A stretch of DNA of 64,000 nucleotides from Nemertoderma westbladi (taxonomy: Eukaryota > Animalia > Xenacoelomorpha): assembly GCA_032718475.1 (NCBI GenBank), contig JAUCBJ010008860.1:23024-87023 (forward strand). Reading direction: 5' to 3'. The translations under genes and the position numbers were made by a program. Every line of letters starts with the position of its first letter. The stretch's first letter is position 1. The notes under the pieces are model-generated. The model saw nothing but the letters and a program-made list of their open reading frames with translations. It made no database searches and was not told the DNA's origin. Shown piece after piece: positions 44,634 through 54,940 of this stretch.

Positions 44634-47600
44634 ATGTCTGATACTAAGCAGAACCTGTCAGACAGTTTATTAGATGTAACTATCTGCGACTCAGATAGAG
44701 ACGTACAACCGTCTGGTCGTAAATCCAGTTCACCTCCCACTGTGAGGAAGGTCATCCCTCCAGTAGTAATAACAGAACCTAGGCTGGTCCAACATCGTAG
44801 GTCTATCATAGGCACTCGAGCTCAGGTCAAGCGGGACCAAAAGGCAGCGGAACAGCAACAACCCGCTAGTCAAGAACTTATTCCTCAGCGGCCCAGCAGC
44901 TCCAGTAGTGAGGATACTGAGCGCGGAGCAGAGATGACGGATGCGGTTTATACGGATCCCCTTCTCATCCTTCCTGCAGCCGTGCTCGCTGAGTTATTGA
45001 TCGCGGTGGAAGAACACCAGATCGATTGGGCGAGAAGTCAACGGTCAATTAGAGATAGCTACGCGGGATACACGAGTGAAGAACTGAAGTCTATTGTCGA
45101 GTCGCAATGGAACTTCCCCGGACCCGGACTCCCGTTTGATTTATCAGAAGCTGCCTGGGAAGACATACACCGGATGGGAGTAGCCAAGGAAACCATCGAT
45201 CCAGCTGTATGGAAGAGGTCCGCAGCCGGATACGCCCAGGGATTCTTCAGCTCTATGGAGCGAGTAGAGAGACAACTGTTTCAACAACCTCAAGGACCTC
45301 AAGAGCAGGGATCGCTGCTTTATCAAGTTAGAGAAAGGGTTTTGCGGATTAGGCTAATCTTATCCGCCTTTGAGGAGGCTTCTAAAAGAAGACAAGACAC
45401 GTCGTTGCAAGTCGCCGTAAAGACTTGGTTTCAAAGGGTGAATCTCCAGGTTCAAGGAACAGCTCAGTGGAAAGCTCAGCTGGAGGAGCGATCAACCCAT
45501 GGAGAATCAACAGACGCCACTTTTTCCCAAGTGGAAAGTGAAGCGACGGCAGAGAAACCACATAAGAGAGATGCCATTGACATCTATCTGTCAGACTATC
45601 AGCGTTTTTTAGGTGATGACGAGTTGAGGAGAAGGTTAGATGGACTTAGCCCTAATAGCGAAGGAACCAAGCTTGTGTTGGATGCCATCGATGTGGAAAT
45701 GAGGGCTGCGAATCAGGCTAAATTTGATGAACAACTCCGCCTGACACGAGTCCAAGAAGAACAAGTAAAGAAAAAACGTATAGAAGACAGAAAGGCAGCG
45801 GCAGTAGCAGCAGCAGTGGCAGCTGCAGAAGCAGAAAGAAAAGCGGCAGCGGCAGAGGCAGCGGCAGAGGCAAAAGCTGCAGCGGCAGAGGCAGCGGCAG
45901 AGGCAAAAGCGGCGGAGGCAGTGGCAGAAGCAAAAGCGACAGTAGCAGCGGCAGTGGCAGCTGCAGAAGCAGAAAGAAAAGTGGCAGCAGCAGAGGCAGC
46001 GGCAGAGGCAAAAGCGGCGGAGGCAGTGGCAGAAGCAGAACGGAGGGCATCTGAAGAGACAACCCAACTAGAGTTGGAAAATCTTCAAGAGAGGCAAGAT
46101 AACTTTAATAAACAGTTAACAGCTAGTAATATGCAGATGATGAATCGATTTACTCCCAAACGACAAGGTTATACATCATCTGAGGAAGGCGATACCACCG
46201 ATACTGAAGGCAAAGGAAATAGATCTCGTCTAAGCAGACGTAAAAGAACATTCCACCGTCAGAAATTGCCTGATTTGCCTCCAGCTGTTAGAAGGCAACT
46301 AAGTAACACCAACTTAGGTAGTACAGAGCCCACAGACCAAATAATTAAAATAGAAAGACTCCCTACTATAGTAGATGAGCCTGAAATAATTAGGCCTGTT
46401 CTTGAAATCACCCCTTCGGTGATAGACACACCTGTGCTCCCTGAAACTACCTCTAAATTCCCTCTGCATAGCACTAAGCTACCTGTGCCCCGCAGAACTG
46501 CCCAGGAGACAGTTCAGGTCCTGGACCCCGAGCGAAATATTCACAATTTGTCGCCCGTTGTCCCTCGTCCGCCCGCTACAACGTTGGCGACTCCCGCTTC
46601 GGCGGTCGAATGGGTGGACGAGAGACGGCGGGGGATGGATATCCTGCTCGGACAGATGCAGGAGACTGTCCAGCAGTTCAAGGGCACAGTAAGGGAAAGT
46701 AGGCTAGAGTTGCAAGAAGTGCAGCAAAGTATCGCGCTAGAACGCGATAAATTAGTAAATACTCAAAAAGGTATACCACCACCCTCTGTAACAATGTGTC
46801 AACCTGTTAGGTCTGAAGTATCTCATGCGCAAGGTGTGGAGCCTACACGCATCTATACTGCTAGCGAAGTAGAAACTCCTATAGTGAACCCTATTAAGGG
46901 TAATTATAGACCTGTTGATAGTGATATTCCCTATAGACCGGATCATAATCCGAGAAATTTATATACCGATAACTCGATATTAAATAGCACGATGGCCCAA
47001 GAAAGTTTTACGCTTCAAATGGCTAGAACCGAAGCCCGGCAAGCGGTAAAGGTTGGAGAGATCGTCAAGTTCAATGGAGATGAGATGAAATGGTTACCTT
47101 TTAATGAATATTACAAAGATAACATACAGAACTCTGTACTATCTAATGGAGAAAAACTTAGATACCTCATCGAGTGCTTGGAAGGATCTCCCAAGTTAAT
47201 GGCGTTAAGGTTTATTGGACATCCAGACGGATTAAGACAAGTTTGGGATACACTAAACATCAGGTATGGTAATAGGAATAACATAGCTGGGTATTTGTAT
47301 GCAAAGTTGGTAGCGCCCCGAAAGTTTATTAGCAGCGGGATTATAGAGTTTTCCGATGAAATTCAGGAGATCTGCAGACAATTAGATTGGCTAGGTAAGT
47401 CTCATGAGTATCAGAGTGCTATGGTTATTAGAGCAGTGGCTTCTACTTTACCGAAGGGTGGAGTAGGTACACGCTGGGATAAGAAGGTGTTATATATGAT
47501 GGAACAACAACAACGAGACCCTACCATGGCTGATCTCATGTCATTCTTAGATGGAGAAGTGAAATTACAGCTCCTAAGACAGTCCAGAGAGAAGACACTG

Positions 47601-49640
47601 GAAAACAAGGTAAGTGAGAAACCCGTTTCTAGGAGAAGGGTAACACCAGTATGTTATACCGACAACGGTGAAAGCCAAACTTCTCAAGGAGAGGACAGCG
47701 GGAAAGACACTGACAGATCTTATGTCAATAAAATGCCTAAAGATCAGGTAAGTAAATCCAAGTCTCGACCCAATGACAGAAGGGAACCGGTACAAAAAAC
47801 CCCTCCTACGTCTCCTAAAAGAATTCAGGTGAGAAAGCCCGAGGAAAGAACAAGTGTGCACCACACAGCACATGTTAAAGTAAGTAACATCAAGCCCAAA
47901 TGTGTGCTGTGCGACGGGCCCCACCGTTTAAATGCGTGTGATAAATTCCTGAGGAAATCACTAAAGGATAGACGTGAAGTCATGTGGGATAAGCGGTTGT
48001 GTTATAATTGCCTCAGACGAGGACACCAACGGCGAACCTGTAACTCCGACGCAAGGTGTGCACAGTGCGGCGCAAAACATCATATCTTGTTGCACACGGA
48101 ATTCGAACGAAACAGCCCGAGTCAGGTAAGTGAGTCCGAACTACATGTCCAATTCAGTGATGTGAACGACACTGATCAATCTGAGATGGAAGGATTCTAT
48201 ACGGACGAGTTCTCCGACCAAAACGAATCCTGTTACCTAATAAACACCACCGCAGTGTATCGAGCACTCGTACATGAGAAAGACACAGACAGCGACCTTA
48301 CCTTAACTACTTCCAATCAACAACCATCTTGGAAAGCGCCAACTTCCAATCTAGGAATCCGAGAATTTCCTGTAGTCCAGTTACGGGTCCACGGACCTCA
48401 GAAGAGCTATATAGTGAACGCCCTCCTGGACTCCGGTAGCACAGGAACATTCATCGATAAAGAACTAGCCGAAGTCATCTTTGCTGGACAACCCAAGTTC
48501 CGAACCAAGCTAAACATGTCAGGGATCATGCAGGTTTGGAATTCTACTGTAGCTGCCGACTATTATATAGGTGAGTTGTCCACTCCACAGGATAAACTAG
48601 GAGAATACAGTATAAGGTCAGTGAAAATGGTGGCTATAAAGAACTTCGCTACTACTCAAGCAGACCTTTATAATTGGGACGAGGATGAGAGCATCCAACA
48701 TCTTAACATACCTCGATTCCAGACTGATTATCCTGGAGTGCAAATACTCATCGGCCAAAACGCGCATGAGGCGCTGGAGACATTAGAGAAACGACCTGCT
48801 CAACCGCAACCACTTCAGCCCTATGCGGTAAGAACTAGAGTAGGTTGGTACCTTACTGGACCTTCCCATAGAACGCTCAGGGAAAGACTGCTTCAAGATC
48901 GCGTCTGCCAGGTGAGTGAATGGGAAGACGATACTAGTGAGGGAGACGACCCAACTGAGGGAACACCACACTCCTCAGATAATGACAATCTTAACTCCAA
49001 TGTAGATCAATGGAGATATTGCCCCAAGACGATGAATACAACTGACATCGCTTCCAGAGGAGCAACTCCTCAAGAACTGACAGATACTATAGACCGGTTA
49101 GCTGAACCCGACTTCCTGAGTAAGGAGAATGAATGGCCTCCCCATCTTACTCCGACTGAGATTAGACCAGCCAAGGGAGCGGAGAAAGTCGAACCTGAAA
49201 CCCGGACGGGTGGATCGGAGTTATTTGAACCCGGGATAGATCTGTCGGTATTACATGTTGCCAGGGACGACGCCGTGGATCTGGACCTCCCCACCGCGAG
49301 TGGATCCTTCATGAAGATCAGAGAGAGCGATTGGAGCTCTGGAACATCAGACGTCTCGCAGGGACTCTCACCTCTCCTGCAGAGAGCGACGGACCACTAT
49401 AGCTCCTGGAATCGGCTTTGTGACGCCGTCATATACTTTGAGCGATGTTTCTATCGTCACTATTCCAGGACGAAGAGGAAACCTGGAATTGTATTCGGGA
49501 TGCAGCGACTCAATCGCCCAGCTGGTCGTTTGTGTTTACCGGAAGGGAATGGAGGACTCTCCGGAAATTGTGGAAGGCAAGATTCTCTTCCCACGACCAC
49601 CTCCCTAATCCTTCAAACATCTAGGGACTCCATAACGTAA
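44634..49640 (+). CDS. BEL/Pao Gag-protease polyprotein, 1668 aa, uninterrupted, lacking RT and integrase
   Basis: Same motifs as copy 1 in one frame: KFNGDEMKW, Cys/His knuckles, ALLDSGS, WRYCP...DIASRG. Confidence 0.9.
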   Translation: MSDTKQNLSDSLLDVTICDSDRDVQPSGRKSSSPPTVRKVIPPVVITEPRLVQHRRSIIGTRAQVKRDQKAAEQQQPASQELIPQRPSSSSSEDTERGAEMTDAVYTDPLLILPAAVLAELLIAVEEHQIDWARSQRSIRDSYAGYTSEELKSIVESQWNFPGPGLPFDLSEAAWEDIHRMGVAKETIDPAVWKRSAAGYAQGFFSSMERVERQLFQQPQGPQEQGSLLYQVRERVLRIRLILSAFEEASKRRQDTSLQVAVKTWFQRVNLQVQGTAQWKAQLEERSTHGESTDATFSQVESEATAEKPHKRDAIDIYLSDYQRFLGDDELRRRLDGLSPNSEGTKLVLDAIDVEMRAANQAKFDEQLRLTRVQEEQVKKKRIEDRKAAAVAAAVAAAEAERKAAAAEAAAEAKAAAAEAAAEAKAAEAVAEAKATVAAAVAAAEAERKVAAAEAAAEAKAAEAVAEAERRASEETTQLELENLQERQDNFNKQLTASNMQMMNRFTPKRQGYTSSEEGDTTDTEGKGNRSRLSRRKRTFHRQKLPDLPPAVRRQLSNTNLGSTEPTDQIIKIERLPTIVDEPEIIRPVLEITPSVIDTPVLPETTSKFPLHSTKLPVPRRTAQETVQVLDPERNIHNLSPVVPRPPATTLATPASAVEWVDERRRGMDILLGQMQETVQQFKGTVRESRLELQEVQQSIALERDKLVNTQKGIPPPSVTMCQPVRSEVSHAQGVEPTRIYTASEVETPIVNPIKGNYRPVDSDIPYRPDHNPRNLYTDNSILNSTMAQESFTLQMARTEARQAVKVGEIVKFNGDEMKWLPFNEYYKDNIQNSVLSNGEKLRYLIECLEGSPKLMALRFIGHPDGLRQVWDTLNIRYGNRNNIAGYLYAKLVAPRKFISSGIIEFSDEIQEICRQLDWLGKSHEYQSAMVIRAVASTLPKGGVGTRWDKKVLYMMEQQQRDPTMADLMSFLDGEVKLQLLRQSREKTLENKVSEKPVSRRRVTPVCYTDNGESQTSQGEDSGKDTDRSYVNKMPKDQVSKSKSRPNDRREPVQKTPPTSPKRIQVRKPEERTSVHHTAHVKVSNIKPKCVLCDGPHRLNACDKFLRKSLKDRREVMWDKRLCYNCLRRGHQRRTCNSDARCAQCGAKHHILLHTEFERNSPSQVSESELHVQFSDVNDTDQSEMEGFYTDEFSDQNESCYLINTTAVYRALVHEKDTDSDLTLTTSNQQPSWKAPTSNLGIREFPVVQLRVHGPQKSYIVNALLDSGSTGTFIDKELAEVIFAGQPKFRTKLNMSGIMQVWNSTVAADYYIGELSTPQDKLGEYSIRSVKMVAIKNFATTQADLYNWDEDESIQHLNIPRFQTDYPGVQILIGQNAHEALETLEKRPAQPQPLQPYAVRTRVGWYLTGPSHRTLRERLLQDRVCQVSEWEDDTSEGDDPTEGTPHSSDNDNLNSNVDQWRYCPKTMNTTDIASRGATPQELTDTIDRLAEPDFLSKENEWPPHLTPTEIRPAKGAEKVEPETRTGGSELFEPGIDLSVLHVARDDAVDLDLPTASGSFMKIRESDWSSGTSDVSQGLSPLLQRATDHYSSWNRLCDAVIYFERCFYRHYSRTKRKPGIVFGMQRLNRPAGRLCLPEGNGGLSGNCGRQDSLPTTTSLILQTSRDSIT

Positions 49641-50114
49641 AAACATATGGAGTGGGTGTGTGACTCTATTATTTTATATTATTTTATTATTTTTATATTT
49701 ATGTATGTATTACTATGTAATTTTATTATAATCGTTTTATTTAATTTAGTAGAATGTTATTTTAGCGATTATTTAGTAGATTAGTGCAATATATATTCGT
49801 GTTTATTACGTACGTAATTACTTATATTATATTTAGTGCGACGGCGAAGAAATAATTACTTTTTTCTCTTTCCTTACTGTCCGTATTATATTATAAATAC
49901 GTAACTACAGTAAGATGAAATGTCCGTACTTATTAAAGTACAATAAAGCCACTACTATATTTAAGTATTATAGCAACTATCATGAATAACTATAATAATA
50001 ATGCAGGGTGGAAATTATCAAATGACAAACGCACACTGTCACCAAAACAGTAAATAATTGAATAATGATTAATTTTTACTCATCGAATAAATTAAGCTAA
50101 TTAGAAAACTGTCT

Positions 50115-53100
50115 CTATACTGTAGGTTTGCTTGGCAGCCCAGCACCATCCTCAAACCCCTGCCCACTTCTCCACTTCACCCGCGAGCCCCGTAGGCAAT
50201 GGGAGGCCCCGCGTATTATCGCGAACTGGACGCGAGTTCGGACCCAGCCCATCGTGGTGCTGAAAGGTCGCCCCCAGGAACGGTGCAGCCTATCAGCCAA
50301 GATACGGAGGAGGTGGTTTGCCTGCGGAGCGAGTACGCCGTCACAGGACGCAACAAACGGGGAGAAGTCGCCCCGTCGTGCCGTCACTGCTTCCGCGTAC
50401 AGCCGCTTCTTTTGGTCTTCAGCCGACTCGAGGATAGACATTGGGGTGCGACCCACATAGGACCCGGCGTCAAGGTTGATAACCCGAATGTCTATCAACG
50501 CCTGGGTCTGTGGGTTTAGCGCACCCCGTATCCCCACATCGCACCGAAGACCTGCGGCACCCTCCACTCCCTGCTGCTCGCGGACAACCGGCTCGCAGAC
50601 TACGTTTCGAGGTCCGAAAGCCATAGCCGAGAGGTCTCCAACCACGTCCCGTAGTTCGTTATGGCGCTGTATAACGAGGCCGCCTTTTTTACAATTTAGA
50701 CCGTGGTTTAAATTGAAGGCGGCCCCGCACCCATCGCACCGGCTTGGCACTGCCGCCAGGGGGCGGCCGTATCGGATCGCCAGCGCGTCCCGGAACTCCA
50801 GGGGGGACAGGTCCATCTGGTGGTCGGCCATGGGCAGGGAGGAGATCCACCCACTCGAACGGAAGTCGGCGGTACGTTGTACAGTCCGCCGGCGGTCTGG
50901 TGGCAGTTCCTCCAGCACAGCTTCCAAGTTGGATTTCTCTCTCCCAAGCTGCTGCTCCCGTCCTTCCTTCCTTGCCCGTTGTAGACAACCGAGGTGTTGC
51001 GCGTTGGAGAACTCGCGGTGTCCCAAAATGGCCTCGGCAAGGGATCTGGTTCCCGCCCGCGATACGGCGTATGAATGTGGGGCCTCGGTTGCGGGATTCC
51101 GCAGTCCCATTCCTGCCATCCGTGGGGAGAGGGCGAACAGACTGCGTTCATTGGAGGAGATTGGGCCACCGAAGACGGCCGGCAGGAATCTCTGTACGAT
51201 TGCCTCCTCCAGTGGCTGGTACTCGTCACCACAGTCAGGGGATACCCGCTGTAGGTAGGCCCACTCCCTCTGGAGGGAGCAGGCCATGGCGGCGAATGCG
51301 GCTTGGGGCTGGGACACCGCCATCTCGGCAAGGCGGTCCACCGATGCTACCCAGGCAGCAACCTTGGCGCGAACGAAACCCTTCCTTTCAGCGTCTCCAC
51401 CAAGAAATCCCCCGAGGAATCGATTTCCCGTCACAATGTTCACGGAATGGCCTGCGAACACTCTTTCTGCTTCCTCCATGAATTGGGGAGCTACCACGAG
51501 GTAGCTTTTGCTGGGTTCGGGGAAGTATCCAAGGGTTGGGCCGAACCGCTGCAGTTCGAGGAACCACTCAAGGATGAGTTGCAGTTTACCAGCCGCAGAC
51601 GAGTCATCGGCGAACCAATTCTGGAGTACAGGCGGCTTCCGGAGGCGGTGGATGAGGGGGAGGATACCTGAGGAGTACTCCAGCATCGCGAGGGGGTCTC
51701 CTTGAGTGGTTCCCTCCTCGCTGAATAGTATCTCCTCTGTCCCACGGATGGTTAGGATACTGTGCCCCCTGTAGCAATTAAATAGAAACAGGGAGCACCT
51801 GGGCCACTTCTGGCGGGCGTTCCACAGCGCGGCCGTCCGGTTCAGCGAGTTGAACGCGTTGGACGCGTCAACGAGGAGAACCCCCCAGCCGTCCTCCTTC
51901 CGCTCCTCGAACAACTCCGCCATCGTGTGGACGGCGGCCTCCACCCCGGCCGACGTGCCTGCGGAGAGCTGCTCAGCGCCGCAGGTCGCAGTGACGTCAT
52001 CGCCTGTCGCTTCCGCCATGGATCGGCCGAGAATCCGCCGCAGACATTCCCCGATGCCGATTGGGCGGACCCCTGGGCATTTGTCCAGGGCGATCAAACG
52101 GCAGGACATCAGGGCACGCACCGACTCCCAGGGTACGACTGAGTTCGCGAGGGCTCTCGCTATTCCCGCGACTGAGTCACGGATTTCACTATGGGCACCA
52201 TACCGGAGGAGGAAGTCACCCCACCGCGTTGAGTCAGTCCCGGCAGGTCCGGCGCCGCCGTGTAGTCGGCGCGCTGCAGTCTCGATATGCGAGGCCGTGA
52301 TGTCCACATCCACTCGAGTAGGGAGGACCTGGTCGGTTTGGATTAGAGATTCTGGCGGGGGTGGGGAAGCAGGGGGATGCTTGGCTCGTAAAAGGTCAAG
52401 GACCTTAACCTTCTGCCCTCCCATATCCACCTCGTCATTAGGATCTAACACTCCCCCACTCTCCCGACTCGTTACCCATCTTACTGCGCTGCGGATCTTC
52501 CCTTCCAGCATCAACCGAGTGAACACACGGACAGTGTTCTCTTTGTCATCCTCGGCCGACTTACGTTTACCCTTCTGCCCCCTCCCAAACTTAAGGGAGC
52601 TGCGTTCAGCCTCTTGAAGCAGCGCCTCGAGCTGCCCAGACCTCCACATCTCCAGTCTACGTATTAGAAGGCGACGGATATCAGCTGCCTTCATGACCTT
52701 TGGGTCGCGGTGGAGGAGCAGCGACTCGGCTAACAGGATCCGCTCCGAGCGCGCGATGGCGGCATTGTGCTGCAGCCCCGTTAAGAAGGCCCTTGACTCT
52801 GCCGCCATCAGCTCGACTACATCTCTCCCTACAGCGCCCCCTGGCAGTCTATACTTTGCACCACACAGCTGGGTAGCTCGTCTCCACTGATGGAGGAGAC
52901 AGTCCGGCGCGGGCCCCTTCCCAACCAAGGGGGCCCCAAAAGCCCTCACCATCAGGTCCTGCGGGTCCGTGTTGACGGGTGGGTTCGCACTCCAGTGCCG
53001 GCCGAAGTGAGTTGTGTCACCAGTAAATGTGGGTCCCATCTGGGTAGGGGGGTACAACAGACTAGATGCACCAGGCTGATGTGCGAGACCTGCATCGTTA

Positions 53101-54362
53101 GTAGGGGGACCCGTATGACAGGGTGGCCTCAGCTGAGGACCTGGGGTGCCCGGTCGATTTGGGGGATCCGTCGTTGGGACAACTCCTGACACCGTGGGTA
53201 CATGGGGGACAACCCCAGACCCCGTGGGTACTGGGGGGACAACCCCAGGCACCGTAGGGACAACTCCTGACACCGCGGGGACAACTCCTGACACCGTGGG
53301 TACAGGGGGGAGAACCCCAGATACCGTGGGTACAGGGGGGACAACCCCAGACATCGTGGGGATGACTCCTGACACCGTAGGTACAGGGGGCACATCCCCA
53401 GAAACCGTGGGTACAGGGGGGACCACCTCTGACACCGTGGGTACAGGGGGGACAATCCCAGGCACCGTGGGGACAACTCCTGACACTGTGGGTACAGGGG
53501 GGACACCCCCAGACACCGTGGGTACTGGGGGGACAACCCCAGACACCGTGGGGACAACTCCTGACACCGTGGGTGCAGGGGGGACACCACTAGACGCCGT
53601 GTGTACAGTGGGGACAACCCCAGACACCATAGGGACAGCTCCCGACACCGTGCGTATAGAGGGGACTCCCCCAGACACCGTGGGTACAGGGGGGACAACC
53701 ACAGACACCAGGGGGACAACTCCTGACACTGTGGGTACAGGGGGGACAACCCCGGACACCGTGGGTACAGGAGGGACAACCCCAGGCACCGTGGGTGCAG
53801 GGGGGGCGCCCCCAGACACCGTGGGTCCAGGGGGGAAAGGGGGGATAACCCCAGACCCCGTAGGGACAACTCCTGGCACCGTGGGAACTGGGGGGACAGC
53901 CCCTGACACCGTTGGGGCAGGAGGGACAGCCACAATACCTGTAACAATGGGGACCTGGTGGGTGACAACAAACGACGTTGGAGCTTGGGGGGCACCCGAC
54001 GCATTGGCCACTGGGACACCCGAATCGCTGGCCGCTGGGACACTCAAAAGACTGGTTACATTAGTTAACGTTGCATCAAAGTCCACCAATGTGTCATGCC
54101 AGTCATCGTCTCCCTCTTCTCCTGATAACCAACCACCACTATCCGCTGGCAACGGCTGCGAAAGTGAACCCGGAACGGAATCAATGGATAAGCTTCTCTC
54201 GGTAGGGGAAGGCAGCGGCTGCGAGGAAGATGTCCCCCCGTCGTTGGAACAGTTCCTCTTCTTTCCCGGTGCACAGTTTGTACAAACACGTCCCGCATTT
54301 ACGCAGGCGCACCTCTTACAACGGCTACCCGAGCCGGAGTTACTGCAAGTGCAGCAGGGCAT
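50115..54362 (-). CDS. 1415-aa non-LTR polyprotein: Cys-rich N-terminus, Pro/Val repeats, RT, CCHC finger, restriction-like endonuclease
   Basis: VRPIGIGECLRR, LLVDASNAFN, GTTQGDPLAM, WFADD; CDGC-x7-H-x3-C followed by RHNELRD; D...D nuclease segment RCDVGIRG...IDIRVIN. Confidence 0.92.
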   Translation of the reverse strand: MPCCTCSNSGSGSRCKRCACVNAGRVCTNCAPGKKRNCSNDGGTSSSQPLPSPTERSLSIDSVPGSLSQPLPADSGGWLSGEEGDDDWHDTLVDFDATLTNVTSLLSVPAASDSGVPVANASGAPQAPTSFVVTHQVPIVTGIVAVPPAPTVSGAVPPVPTVPGVVPTGSGVIPPFPPGPTVSGGAPPAPTVPGVVPPVPTVSGVVPPVPTVSGVVPLVSVVVPPVPTVSGGVPSIRTVSGAVPMVSGVVPTVHTASSGVPPAPTVSGVVPTVSGVVPPVPTVSGGVPPVPTVSGVVPTVPGIVPPVPTVSEVVPPVPTVSGDVPPVPTVSGVIPTMSGVVPPVPTVSGVLPPVPTVSGVVPAVSGVVPTVPGVVPPVPTGSGVVPHVPTVSGVVPTTDPPNRPGTPGPQLRPPCHTGPPTNDAGLAHQPGASSLLYPPTQMGPTFTGDTTHFGRHWSANPPVNTDPQDLMVRAFGAPLVGKGPAPDCLLHQWRRATQLCGAKYRLPGGAVGRDVVELMAAESRAFLTGLQHNAAIARSERILLAESLLLHRDPKVMKAADIRRLLIRRLEMWRSGQLEALLQEAERSSLKFGRGQKGKRKSAEDDKENTVRVFTRLMLEGKIRSAVRWVTSRESGGVLDPNDEVDMGGQKVKVLDLLRAKHPPASPPPPESLIQTDQVLPTRVDVDITASHIETAARRLHGGAGPAGTDSTRWGDFLLRYGAHSEIRDSVAGIARALANSVVPWESVRALMSCRLIALDKCPGVRPIGIGECLRRILGRSMAEATGDDVTATCGAEQLSAGTSAGVEAAVHTMAELFEERKEDGWGVLLVDASNAFNSLNRTAALWNARQKWPRCSLFLFNCYRGHSILTIRGTEEILFSEEGTTQGDPLAMLEYSSGILPLIHRLRKPPVLQNWFADDSSAAGKLQLILEWFLELQRFGPTLGYFPEPSKSYLVVAPQFMEEAERVFAGHSVNIVTGNRFLGGFLGGDAERKGFVRAKVAAWVASVDRLAEMAVSQPQAAFAAMACSLQREWAYLQRVSPDCGDEYQPLEEAIVQRFLPAVFGGPISSNERSLFALSPRMAGMGLRNPATEAPHSYAVSRAGTRSLAEAILGHREFSNAQHLGCLQRARKEGREQQLGREKSNLEAVLEELPPDRRRTVQRTADFRSSGWISSLPMADHQMDLSPLEFRDALAIRYGRPLAAVPSRCDGCGAAFNLNHGLNCKKGGLVIQRHNELRDVVGDLSAMAFGPRNVVCEPVVREQQGVEGAAGLRCDVGIRGALNPQTQALIDIRVINLDAGSYVGRTPMSILESAEDQKKRLYAEAVTARRGDFSPFVASCDGVLAPQANHLLRILADRLHRSWGRPFSTTMGWVRTRVQFAIIRGASHCLRGSRVKWRSGQGFEDGAGLPSKPTV
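53170..53935 (-). repeat. Coding minisatellite (30-bp and 21-bp units, VPPVPTVSGV) inside the CRE-like ORF
   Basis: GACACCGTGGGTACAGGGGGGACAAC repeated with variants, frame preserved. Confidence 0.92.
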
Positions 54363-54457
54363 CGCGAGTAGGACTAACGCAGAACGCAGGTGACGCGGTT
54401 GTAAGTTCTACTCTAGAACTCCAACTCAGTATCCGTTGGCACCAGGAAGTCTGACAG

Positions 54458-54940
54458 TGTTAGGTTTGGTGCAGTGCAGTACAGTACAATCAAAGTAGTA
54501 CAATCAGATACACAATCAGTAGTACTTACTACTAACTCTCCTTACGGTACTACGTACCCTCTTACTACTCTTACTAACTCTCTAACTAACGGTACTATGT
54601 ACCCTCTTACTACTCTTACTAACTCTCTAACTAACAGTACTACGTACCCTCTTACTACTCTTACTAACTCTCTAACTAATGGTACTACGTACCCTCTTAC
54701 TACTAACTCTCTAACTAATTGTACTATGTACCCTCTTACTACTAATTCTCTAACTAACGGTACTACGTACCCTCTTACTACTCTTACTCTTCTACTAACT
54801 CTCTAACTAACTTCTATCTGCCTACTTACTTACTACGTACTTACTATGTACTATTACTTTCCTTTCTCTTACTCTCTTTCTGTTAATTTTATTATTTTAT
54901 TATTTTTTTTTATTTGTGTGGGAAGGGCGTCTCGCCCTCA
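54458..54940 (-). repeat. Probable 3' LTR of the third BEL element, with internal 45/36-bp tandem repeats
   Basis: The minus strand reads purine tract GAGGGGGGTGGGAT, then TGAGGG...CCTAACA. Repeats CTAACTCTCTAACTAACGGTACTACGTACCCTCTTACTA lie at ~54520-54810. No second copy is in the window. Confidence 0.6.

Larger units (their letters stand above)
41193..49970 (+). mobile_element. BEL/Pao non-autonomous element copy 2, 3'-truncated
   Basis: The internal region is collinear with 29853-37918; similarity stops after AAGTATTA at ~49970, next to the CRE-like element. Confidence 0.9.
49972..54457 (-). mobile_element. RLE-type non-LTR retrotransposon (CRE-like), apparently full length
   Basis: Single intact ORF, ~95-nt 5' leader, AT-rich 3' UTR ending near (ATT)3 at ~49993. 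No TSD found, so the boundaries are approximate. Confidence 0.8.

Noticed and set aside
53146-54393. 415-aa plus-strand G/T/P/D-repeat ORF and other shadow ORFs over the CRE-like, nucleolin and BEL genes
   Set aside because: Antisense or alternative-frame artefacts of GC-rich or repetitive coding sequence.
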